Source of the DNA: Andalucia godoyi And28
Lineage: Eukaryota > Protista > Jakobida
DNA: 64,000 nt
NCBI GenBank assembly: GCA_009859145.1
Contig: VRVR01000035.1
Coordinates: 99,978-163,977, forward strand
Direction of reading: 5' to 3'
Made by a program: the position numbers and the translations under genes. Below the pieces are notes generated by a model that worked only from the letters and a program-made list of their open reading frames with translations, did no database searches and was not told where the DNA came from. Shown one piece after another: positions 38,164 through 47,137 of this stretch. Position 1 is the stretch's first letter; every line of letters starts with the position of its first letter.

Positions 38164-38808
38164 GTGAAAGCTGCACTCCTGCTAAACCACTACCTCGCCC
38201 TTGTGTTGGAGAATGACCTGCCCTTTTCCGATTTCAAGGATTCGTTCTGTTGTAGCTGTCGCAGTGTTGTCGATAAAAATGTCGACAACGATACAGACTT
38301 GTCCGTTTATGTGTAACCGACGGTTTGTTTCGTTTATTCTTTTGTTCGTAAAATAAATCAGATAGGTTTTATTATTTTAGGTGACATAACAGCCGCCGAT
38401 TCCGCGGTCGTGTCAAGAAGCAGCAGGCGACGGCCAAGCTGCTGGGCCGTCTGGCTACCCGCGACCAGGTGGCACCCTTTTTTCGGTTCCACCAACACCC
38501 GAAGAGGGGTGCGCATGCGGATGCTCGAGAATCCGGTGTTGCGTCGTGAGCGCTTCGTGCCCCGGGGGTTGAGACACTGCACCACAGTGAACTGTCCATC
38601 TGACCGCCGGTGCGTGGGCCGCGATGCCAACGCCGCGATGCCAACGCCGCGATGAACATTCGTCAGTGCTGGCTCAGCCGATTCCCAGTGCAAGCGAGTT
38701 GGAGTCTCGCATGGGTCACTCATGAAGATTGAAAATGTCTGGTTCTGCCGGACATTTCACGCCTCCCGTCCCTGGAATCCCTTGCATTGATTTAAATGGG
38801 TGTGCCTA
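38164..38808 (+). mobile_element. Fanzor1-like TnpB relic (internally deleted, frameshifted) with candidate omegaRNA/right end
   Basis: Removing one 14-nt repeat unit at 38618-38654 restores VPRGLRHCTTVNCPSDRRCVGRDANAAMNIRQC (zinc finger + RuvC-III RDxNAAxNI). Upstream pieces: RRFRGRVKKQQATAKLLGRL and, less certainly, KAALLLNHYLALVLENDLP. Hairpin at 38733-38757. Ends are uncertain. Confidence 0.7.
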
Positions 38809-38896
38809 ATAATCAATAAAATGAATATTTAAAAATTAGAACAACCGACAAAAACAAAAGGAAAGGTACTTCATAATTGCACGTTCAGAGAAGGAT

Positions 38897-39646
38897 ATGC
38901 GGTCGTTTCTGTTGCATTCCTGCCGTGGCTACTCATTAAGGATCGTATTTGACGCTTCCAAATTTGCGGCTCAGTGTTCGGAAGGATGCGAAGCCTTTAT
39001 TGAGGCGCGGTGGCAGGAAAAGTTAAAGTCGAATCCTCGAATCTTCAACGGATCAAAGTTCAGGTTACACATGTTTCACATTGACGATGATGAGCGTGTC
39101 TGCACTCTGTTCCTCGGACTTTCCGACTACCGTTCATATCTCGGGACGAATGCTGCGGCGACAGTCGGATTTCCCTACGACGACCGCCACTTGTCCAATA
39201 TTTTGGGAGTGGAATGCATTGTCCGGACGTCGGATGACAGGCTAGTTGTTCTGAAAAGATCCTCTGAAGTTGCTGATTATCCAGGGGCATGCGTATTCCC
39301 TGGAGGCCACCCCGAACCATCCCGCGTGGCAAGCCACCTGAATGCAGAGTCGATTGCTGCCGAGATCCGAAGTGCAGCACTGCAGGAATTGCTGGAGGAA
39401 ACGGGAATTCCGCCGTCTTCCATTTCCGAGTATCAGCTGTGTGTGGTGCAACTGGATTCTCTGCGCATGAACAAGCCTGACATTGTCTTTTTCGGTCGGA
39501 CGTCACTGTCCAGCGAAGAGGTTCTCGAAGTGTACTCTACCGCTAAGGACGGGTTCGAGTCCACTTCCATTTTGTTCTTATCTAACGAGGACGTGGCCTC
39601 TGAAAAGTTTGTTCCTTCCCAGTTTCTTTCCGTCATTCCTCCTTGA
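38897..39646 (+). CDS. NUDT22: Nudix hydrolase, NUDT22-like
   Basis: IFNGSKFRL, LGLSDYRSYLGTN, LGVECIVRTSD, VFPGGHPEP, ELLEETGI. Confidence 0.8.
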   Translation: MRSFLLHSCRGYSLRIVFDASKFAAQCSEGCEAFIEARWQEKLKSNPRIFNGSKFRLHMFHIDDDERVCTLFLGLSDYRSYLGTNAAATVGFPYDDRHLSNILGVECIVRTSDDRLVVLKRSSEVADYPGACVFPGGHPEPSRVASHLNAESIAAEIRSAALQELLEETGIPPSSISEYQLCVVQLDSLRMNKPDIVFFGRTSLSSEEVLEVYSTAKDGFESTSILFLSNEDVASEKFVPSQFLSVIPP

Positions 39647-39680
39647 ATCCTCATTTGCCTCACCAGCATCCGCCTTTTTC

Positions 39681-41642
39681 ATGTCTGTTGAAATTAGACC
39701 CGGAGTCTTTCGAAGCGCACTCCATGATGTTGCATCATCATCTTCTGACGCACTTGGGGTGAGCACCATTTTTGATGCTGTGCATCGATCTTTTTCTGCT
39801 TTTCCTTCACGGTGTATGTTTGAGTATGAGAAAGGCCGACATGTAGATGGGCAGGATGTGGACAGTGGAGAGAAAAACGAGATTGCTCATCAATCATTCT
39901 CGGATGTTGAGCGTCGTGTCAGGGATATTGGATCAGGGTTGTTGCATGCAAAGGTACTCAGTAAGGGCGACTATGTCGGAATTATTTCTCGCACAATGTG
40001 CGAATGGCAGCTTGCAGCGTTTGCATCTGATTATTGTGGCGGGGTCCTTGTTCCCATGTACGACTCTTCTGCTGCTGACAAGATTCAATACATCCTTGAC
40101 AAGGTGCCCTTCTCCCTTTTGTTTTCGTCTGTTTCTAATTTGAAAAATCTCGCCGAAGCTCTCCAGGCCTCAGAGGCATCTCGTCAGAATTTGCGTTGTG
40201 TTGTGGTTCTTGAGGAACTGTATCACAACTTTCCCGAGTCGATGCGATCTCTGTTCCGTTCGTTCGACATCAAGCTGTTTTCTTTATCGGAGGTTGAACG
40301 GCTGGGCAGGGAAACCGGTGTCTTGGAAGCTACACCATTGGGCCCCACGGATGTGTGCACGATGATCCAGACTTCTGGCACGACAAAGAATCCTCGGTTG
40401 GTGCCCTTCACAGGACCGGGCATGCTGTCGGCAGTGAGTGGTGCGCTGCTGGCTCTCCAAGATAGCGGCTTTGTCTTCCAAGAGGATGATTCTTACTTGG
40501 CCTATCTTCCGCTGGCACACGTGTTTGAAAGAGCGGTTGAACTTGCTGCTGTATTGTCGGGAATTCGTGTGTCGTATTTTTCAGGAGACGTGAAGGACTT
40601 TGCAAGGAACGTTGCGCAATTTAAGCCGTCGTTGTTGTGTGGCGTCCCTCGTATATGGAATCGAGTCTACGAGCAGATCATGCGCGAAGCATCTTCCAAT
40701 CCTTTCCAGAAGTTCATCTTCGCTCAGATGTGTTCCCTGAATCGGCTTGCAAGGCGAACCAAATTGGACGCCATCTTTCCCAGTCGCTTGTTGTTTGGGA
40801 AAGCCCGCCGAGTATTTGGTGGACGCCTGAGACTCCTTATGTCTTCGTCGGCTTTGTTGAGACCGGAAGTGGCTTCCGTGTTGTCGATTGTGCTCGCTCC
40901 TCTGGTGCAAATTTACGGTTCTACTGAAACCGGAGGCGCCGGTTTGATTACGAGCGTGAAACGCAATCTCCACGATGCTTCTTCTTTGGGATTTCCGCTT
41001 CCTGGGTGCGAAGTATGTTTGCAGTCTGTACCGGATTTAGGGTACAGTGTCAGTTCCAATCCTCCGTCAGGAGAGCTTCTTGTTAGAGGCCCGTCGGTGA
41101 GCAAGGGCTATTTCCAAGATCCGAAATCGACTGCAGAAGACTTCCTTCCAGACGGCTGGTTTAGGACAGGTGACATCTTTCATAAGAACCGAGATGGGAG
41201 CTTCAGCATAATTGACCGACGCAAGAACTTTGTGAAGACTTCGCACGGAGAATTTGTTGCTCTTGAGCATGTTGAAAGTGTTCTTGTGAAATCGGACCTG
41301 GTCGAGAACATTTGGGTGCACGTAGACTCATCCCAACCATTTTCGGTTGCCATTGTGCTAGCGGATGAATCTCGACTGCAGAAGGCGGTCTCCAGTTCTG
41401 GCAGCTTGAGTGACAAATCGTCTTCAGAGGACGTTGCAGCCGATACGGTTCTAAAAGATATCGAGAGAGTCGGACGAGAACACGGTCTTCGCGGTTTTGA
41501 AATTCCAAAGAAAGTCTACGTTGAGACGAAGGTGAAGTGGTCTTCCGAAAACGATTTCTTGACGCCAACCATGAAGAAGAAGCGCACCAAGTTTCGAGAT
41601 GCGTATGGTTCCACCATTCGTGAAATGTATTCGGAGGCATAA
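39681..41642 (+). CDS. Long-chain acyl-CoA synthetase (ACSL/LACS)
   Basis: TSGTTKNP, YLAYLPLAHVFER, GVPRIW, YGSTET, GELLVRGP, DGWFRTGDI, IIDRRKN. Confidence 0.92.
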   Translation: MSVEIRPGVFRSALHDVASSSSDALGVSTIFDAVHRSFSAFPSRCMFEYEKGRHVDGQDVDSGEKNEIAHQSFSDVERRVRDIGSGLLHAKVLSKGDYVGIISRTMCEWQLAAFASDYCGGVLVPMYDSSAADKIQYILDKVPFSLLFSSVSNLKNLAEALQASEASRQNLRCVVVLEELYHNFPESMRSLFRSFDIKLFSLSEVERLGRETGVLEATPLGPTDVCTMIQTSGTTKNPRLVPFTGPGMLSAVSGALLALQDSGFVFQEDDSYLAYLPLAHVFERAVELAAVLSGIRVSYFSGDVKDFARNVAQFKPSLLCGVPRIWNRVYEQIMREASSNPFQKFIFAQMCSLNRLARRTKLDAIFPSRLLFGKARRVFGGRLRLLMSSSALLRPEVASVLSIVLAPLVQIYGSTETGGAGLITSVKRNLHDASSLGFPLPGCEVCLQSVPDLGYSVSSNPPSGELLVRGPSVSKGYFQDPKSTAEDFLPDGWFRTGDIFHKNRDGSFSIIDRRKNFVKTSHGEFVALEHVESVLVKSDLVENIWVHVDSSQPFSVAIVLADESRLQKAVSSSGSLSDKSSSEDVAADTVLKDIERVGREHGLRGFEIPKKVYVETKVKWSSENDFLTPTMKKKRTKFRDAYGSTIREMYSEA

Positions 41643-41723
41643 AAAAGGAATACTGTTAAAAGAGTTACCCAGTTTTGCCAAGACTCGCGTGGATGTTTTT
41701 AAATTTTTTTAAATAACATGAAA

Positions 41724-44700
41724 TCAATCCGAATAGTAATCATCATCATCGTCGTCGTCGTCGATTTCTTCAAACACTTCTTCGTCGTCACCGTCGGACT
41801 CAGTGTCGACAATCTTTTTTGAGGCAGCAACGGCTTTCCGAACGGGACGAGTCCTGCTCGGCAGGGGTTTCGGAGGGAGCTCCACGCTACCGTCAGAATC
41901 CACATCAATCACGCTAACTGCTGCCTTAGACTTTGCAGTTTTCCTTGTTTCTGCAGTTGTTGCATCTTTAGCAACTGCCCTTGCGCGGGTTTTTTTTGGC
42001 ACATCTGCATTGGCAATAACGGGCGGAGGCTTCGACAAAGCAGATTTCACGGTGGGATTTCCGCTGTTAACGCGCCCTAACAGTCGGGCAAACATCCCAT
42101 CCGTTGAGACAGAGGGTAGCGAAGCGGCCATCGAAGAAACTTCCTCCTTCTTTGTCGAACGACCCTTTTTGGCAGGCGGAACAGCTGCGACGTCTTCCTC
42201 ATCTTCACCGACAGTTGCTCGTTTTCGTGCAACGGGCTTTTTCGCGGCATTTAGCTCCACAGCAGTTGCAGCTTGCAGCGCAACTTTCATTTGTAGAGCC
42301 TTCCGCTTGACATCTGCGTCAGCATCGGCACTAGTCTCACGCTGTTTAGGCCGTGATTTCACAGGAGTCGGCGAATCTTCCAAAGCAAACGAATCATTCT
42401 TCGGATGTTCACTGCGATCTCCGTCGCTATCCTCACTTTCGTTACCAAGAACCAATGGCTCATTTTCATCGGACTCTGAAAACACAAACTTATCCTTCTT
42501 CACCGTCTTTTTCGGTTTTGCAACTGGATCAAGCTCAAATTCCAGAATTCTTTCCACATCCACAACGGAGTTACCTTTGCTAGTTGGTTTCCGTTTTGGA
42601 AGAACATCCAATGCGATTTCCTCGCCGCCCAATTCCACGGGGACAGCCAGAGGTTCATTCTTGCTCTTTTTCGCTTTCGTCTTTTTTGAAGCCTTTGCGT
42701 AATCATCATCATCCGAGTCATTGTTCATTTCGAAGGAATCATCGGCCTTCTTTGACTTCCTTTTCGGTTTCGCATCTCGCGGTGCGTTTTCTTCTGCAGG
42801 CAATAATTCACTTTCATATTCATCGAGTCCCTTTTCCAAAGCGTCCAGATCTTGAATCCACATCTGTCGATGATCCGTTCGTATCAGTTGCTGCAGCGAG
42901 CGTTCTTTTTCTTCTCGCTGGATTTTCAACTGCTGGACCTTCTCAAACGTCAGTGAAGAAAGGGGCATGGAAAACAAGTATTCATATCCCTTCTCCACGC
43001 TAGACATTGGCTGATCATCATTATTTTCGCTCTCATCCACTTTCTTGGAATCATCAAAGACATCATATTTTTGACGCACAAGATCTTGCACAATATCCGC
43101 TTTCTTTCTGTTGTGGATCTTCAGTTCACCAGACAACACCGCAAGAATGAATTTCATTCTGTTGTCCAACCGTTTGAACTCCTTGCTCAACTCCTCAACC
43201 ATGTACTTTTTCCGCATGGCATAAAATTTCATTCGAACACGGAAGAATTCATCAACAATCGAAGTCACATCCGTGTATCTCTTGATGTGTCCAGCCTCAT
43301 CAAAAAGGATCATGTTGGATAAAGTAACAGACGTTGCAAGGCGCAGGATTTTCGCCACTTGCGCTGCTCCGCCTGCCAGAAGCTCTGAAAGAATACCATC
43401 AGAGACAAAGTACACGAGAAATCGGACCGAAGTGTCAGAATGATAGTCCTTGTAATCGCGGATCAGCTTGCCTTCTGTTACCTTCTCCTCCAGAAATTCT
43501 TTGTATTTCTGTGTCCAAAACCCGATAGGTAGTTCAGTAATTTCCACACAGTCCGAGGCAACCTTGGAGATTCTTCCAGTAACGTAGAAACTGGAGCCTT
43601 CATCATCAGTAGGCGTTACAACGCCGTTGAATCCACGGAACCACGGGATCAGCTCTACGTCTTCGAGAATATTCTTCTGGGGGGTGTTTCGCATTTCTGA
43701 AGACCCGGTGGACATGTCTCTTTGCAACCGGGTTCGGAGAGCATGAATCAAATCCTTCGGATTGAATGTCGGAACCTCTGTTGACCAGCCAGTTCCGATT
43801 CCCTTGGCACCATTCACTAAGACCATCGGAATGATTGGAACATAGTAGGTAGGCTCAATCTTTTGACCATCATCCTCGAGATACGACAACAAAGGATCAT
43901 CATCTTCCGGAAACAGCAATCTCGTAATCAACGACAGCCTGGTAAAAATGTAACGAGCGGAAGCAGCATCCGACCCACCCGCAATCCTGGTTCCGAATTG
44001 CCCGGACGGAAACAGCAGATTGATGTTATTGGACCCTACAAAATTCTGCGCCATTCCTACAATTGTCGAGGCCAGACTCTGCTCTCCATGATGGTAGGCG
44101 GAATGTTCTGCAACATACCCTGCAAGCTGTGCAACCTTGATCTCCTGTTTTAGCTTCCTCTTAAAACAAGCGAAGAGTACTTTTCTATGCCCAGGTTTGA
44201 AGCCATCCATCACGGACGGTATGGAACGCTGGTTGTCCATTACCGAGAAAAGAATCAACTCCTTGTTGATGAACTCCGAATAGTTGATCAAACTTTGCGA
44301 GTGGTCCAAAAATGTGCCGGGCTCAAATCGCGCCAGCCAGGCCTTTCTCTCATCGGCCTTCTTTTTCGAGAAGGCGAGCTCAATGTCTGCGTCAGTTGCA
44401 GGGCCGTACGAGAACGCCTTTTCATGCAAAGGAAGATTACGAAAATACTCCCTCGCCTCTGCCGCTGTCGAAGTTCCCAGACCCTTGTAGTACTTGATGC
44501 TCCAGCCACGAAGCTCATTTTTTTGCATGATCGACTTGTACCACGATTCATATTCTGGAATAGTGAAAAATACCTCGGCAACTTTTCCTTTGATGCACTT
44601 GACGATAGGGGTAACGAATTCCATCAGAAAGCCCGGATGCTTAAGAAGAGAAGGCCAATAGCAATGCAAGAAATTAATGATGAGCCCTTTGATGTGGGAA

Positions 44701-46268
44701 CCGTCGTGATCCTGATCCGTCATGATCATCATATGCCCATACCGTAGTTCCTTGAGCTCTTTCTCCGTATCATAGGACTTCCCCTGCTTCAAGCCGAGAA
44801 TCTGCTTCAGTGCAGTAATTTCCGCATTGTCCGCGATTTGCTTGGGAGAAGCTTCACGCACATTCAACAGCTTTCCACGCAAAGGAAAAACACCGTAATA
44901 ATCACGACCAACGACTGACAAACCGGAAACAGCCAACGCCTTCGCCGAGTCTCCTTCTGTCAATATCAAAGTGCATTTCAACGAATTCCGGCCACCAGCT
45001 TCGTTTGCATCGTCCAATTTTGGGATTCCAGATAGCCTCGTCTTTTTGGATCCATCTGTTTTCTTGAGTTCTGTGGAGGCTTTGAAGTTGGACCACTGGG
45101 CGACTTTGTCAACAATTCCAAGTTTGATGAAGGATTTCACGAACTTTTCCGAGACCTTTGCAGCTGATCCAAAGTTCTGATGTTTTGTCGTTAGCGTCTC
45201 CTTGGTTTGAGAGTCAAAGGAGGGATTTTCGATCAGAGCATTGAGAAAGATCCATATGAAATTCTTCACCATATGCGGCTTGACGTCTGCAGATTTCGCC
45301 TTCTTCTTCACTGGATCCAGCAGTTCACTCACGATCTGATCAGCTATGTATGATACGTGCGATCCACCGTTAGTTGTTGCGATTGCGTTAACGAAGGACA
45401 CACTTTGAAATTGGCCATCTGACACACAGACAGCATATTCCCAGCGATCACCTGCCTTTTCATACGCAAGCTCGCCAGAGACCGGATACAACCGCACGTA
45501 TTCCAAAAAATTCTTGATGCGGATTGGAAGTCCGTTAAGTTGCACAGTGACTCCGCCATTGACGCATCCCGCCAAATCATAGGCTCGCTTCGTGAACAGA
45601 GCCACAATGTCGGAATCAAGATGTGACATCCTGAATCTCCGCAAATCCGGGAAAAACGTAACCCGTGTGAACGACTTCTCGACTCTCAATTGCTTTTCAG
45701 TCAGACACGTCAATTGCGGCTGTTCAATGACGGAGAGATTATCACGGAATTCCTGACGATACTTGAGTTTTCGATCCGGATCAAGAGTCTCGATGATAAA
45801 CTTTGTAGAAAATATGTTCGCCAGTTTTGCACCATACCCATTTCTTCCTCCAGTCGTCTTTTTCTCAACATCATCATAGTTCGATCCGGTGAGCAGATGG
45901 CCGAAAATCAATTCTGGAACATAGACCTTGTGTTCCTGGTGCACAACCACCGGAATGCCGGAGCCGTTGTTCATAATTGAAATGGAGCCGGCTTCCACAT
46001 CAATTTGAATGTCAACAAGATTCATTGACGGATCCCGCTGCTTGTTGTCCGCAGCGTTGACAAGAATTTCATCGAAGATCTTATACAAGCCAGGAACATA
46101 CGTAATGGTTCTGTTTTCGAAGCGAGCAGTCTCAGGGTTGACCACCCACATGGGTAGCGTTGCAGAATCCAGTGATCCAACATACGTGTCAGGACGAAGC
46201 AAGATGTGTTCAAGCTGAGTCTTCTTTTGATACGTCTGTTCAATGCTTTTTGAGGACTGACTCATCAT
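41724..46268 (-). CDS. TOP2: DNA topoisomerase II
   Basis: EHILLRPDTY, GGRNGYGAKL, LILTEGDSA, PLRGKLLN, DQDHDGSH, YYKGLGTS, catalytic ASARY; acidic/basic C-terminal tail. Confidence 0.99.
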   Translation of the reverse strand: MMSQSSKSIEQTYQKKTQLEHILLRPDTYVGSLDSATLPMWVVNPETARFENRTITYVPGLYKIFDEILVNAADNKQRDPSMNLVDIQIDVEAGSISIMNNGSGIPVVVHQEHKVYVPELIFGHLLTGSNYDDVEKKTTGGRNGYGAKLANIFSTKFIIETLDPDRKLKYRQEFRDNLSVIEQPQLTCLTEKQLRVEKSFTRVTFFPDLRRFRMSHLDSDIVALFTKRAYDLAGCVNGGVTVQLNGLPIRIKNFLEYVRLYPVSGELAYEKAGDRWEYAVCVSDGQFQSVSFVNAIATTNGGSHVSYIADQIVSELLDPVKKKAKSADVKPHMVKNFIWIFLNALIENPSFDSQTKETLTTKHQNFGSAAKVSEKFVKSFIKLGIVDKVAQWSNFKASTELKKTDGSKKTRLSGIPKLDDANEAGGRNSLKCTLILTEGDSAKALAVSGLSVVGRDYYGVFPLRGKLLNVREASPKQIADNAEITALKQILGLKQGKSYDTEKELKELRYGHMMIMTDQDHDGSHIKGLIINFLHCYWPSLLKHPGFLMEFVTPIVKCIKGKVAEVFFTIPEYESWYKSIMQKNELRGWSIKYYKGLGTSTAAEAREYFRNLPLHEKAFSYGPATDADIELAFSKKKADERKAWLARFEPGTFLDHSQSLINYSEFINKELILFSVMDNQRSIPSVMDGFKPGHRKVLFACFKRKLKQEIKVAQLAGYVAEHSAYHHGEQSLASTIVGMAQNFVGSNNINLLFPSGQFGTRIAGGSDAASARYIFTRLSLITRLLFPEDDDPLLSYLEDDGQKIEPTYYVPIIPMVLVNGAKGIGTGWSTEVPTFNPKDLIHALRTRLQRDMSTGSSEMRNTPQKNILEDVELIPWFRGFNGVVTPTDDEGSSFYVTGRISKVASDCVEITELPIGFWTQKYKEFLEEKVTEGKLIRDYKDYHSDTSVRFLVYFVSDGILSELLAGGAAQVAKILRLATSVTLSNMILFDEAGHIKRYTDVTSIVDEFFRVRMKFYAMRKKYMVEELSKEFKRLDNRMKFILAVLSGELKIHNRKKADIVQDLVRQKYDVFDDSKKVDESENNDDQPMSSVEKGYEYLFSMPLSSLTFEKVQQLKIQREEKERSLQQLIRTDHRQMWIQDLDALEKGLDEYESELLPAEENAPRDAKPKRKSKKADDSFEMNNDSDDDDYAKASKKTKAKKSKNEPLAVPVELGGEEIALDVLPKRKPTSKGNSVVDVERILEFELDPVAKPKKTVKKDKFVFSESDENEPLVLGNESEDSDGDRSEHPKNDSFALEDSPTPVKSRPKQRETSADADADVKRKALQMKVALQAATAVELNAAKKPVARKRATVGEDEEDVAAVPPAKKGRSTKKEEVSSMAASLPSVSTDGMFARLLGRVNSGNPTVKSALSKPPPVIANADVPKKTRARAVAKDATTAETRKTAKSKAAVSVIDVDSDGSVELPPKPLPSRTRPVRKAVAASKKIVDTESDGDDEEVFEEIDDDDDDDDYYSD

Positions 46269-46674
46269 GAAATCCGCGGCCACAAAAAGTGCAGGACGGC
46301 ACAACGAAATTCCAAAAATACCTGACACGAAAAAAATAAACAAACACACAAACAAACAAGTAAACCGAACCGTGAACGAAAAACTTAACGATCCTCGTTC
46401 TTAAAGAATTTCGAATTTCAACCCATGGCTGGGCCCCCAAGGTTTCGCGCGGGAAATGGTCTTTCACGGACTTTTGCTATGTATGTCCGGTACGGTATTG
46501 TTTTCCTTTTGTTTTGCTGTCCTTTGATGCTGGATGCTACATGCTTTCGAGAAATAAAATAATCAAGTGCTTGTGCTTTGCCACGCCGCAGATTTTTTCC
46601 GTCGTTCCGGGCTGCTCTGGTTTTGTATGAAGACTGGAGAACGTGGTTCCGGCATAAATTCCGAGTTCGCATTC

Positions 46675-47034
46675 ATGGAGTTTTTCAAATCTCTTCTGGG
46701 GTTCAAAGATGCTCCAGTACAATATACGTATGTGATCCTTGGGATTGAACAGTGTCCGTCTTGCACAGCGGCAAAGTGCCTCGCAGCGGAAGTTCAGAAG
46801 TCGGTGCCGGGAATTCGCTGCGACATCTCTACGATCCCAGTGTCTGAATTCAGACAGACAATTCAGAATGCAAAGGAGATTCTTGGCCCTTCTGCACAGA
46901 GACACCGAACTGCACCATTTATTTACCGAGTGGATGCCGAGAAGGGGCAGAAGATGTTCATCGGGGGGTTCGACAGCTTCAAGGATTTTGTCAAAGAAAA
47001 CCATCATTTCGAAGCGCTGCAGTGCAGATACTAG
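46675..47034 (+). CDS. Glutaredoxin-like protein (CPSC), resembling the MDH1B N-terminal domain
   Basis: YVILGIEQCPSCTAAK...HRTAPFIY...MFIGGFDSF has the thioredoxin-fold hallmarks (CxxC, cis-Pro region, GG). Confidence 0.7.
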   Translation: MEFFKSLLGFKDAPVQYTYVILGIEQCPSCTAAKCLAAEVQKSVPGIRCDISTIPVSEFRQTIQNAKEILGPSAQRHRTAPFIYRVDAEKGQKMFIGGFDSFKDFVKENHHFEALQCRY

Positions 47035-47137
47035 AGGTGCGTATTTTGCAGCACCAGCAGCAATAATAATTTAATTAAATAAAAAATAGACATCGTAGTA
47101 ATTCGTTGCCTGACCTCAGATATCGGAGTGTTGTTCG

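Noticed and set aside
38618-38654. Short tandem repeat as a CRISPR-like or regulatory array
   Set aside because: There are no spacers, and it is fully explained by slippage between 9-nt direct repeats in the RDANAAM codons.
38371-38820. Possible terminal inverted repeats of the Fanzor1 relic (TTAGG...CCTAA)
   Set aside because: Only about 5 nt plus AT-rich sequence match, which is insufficient without paralog alignment.
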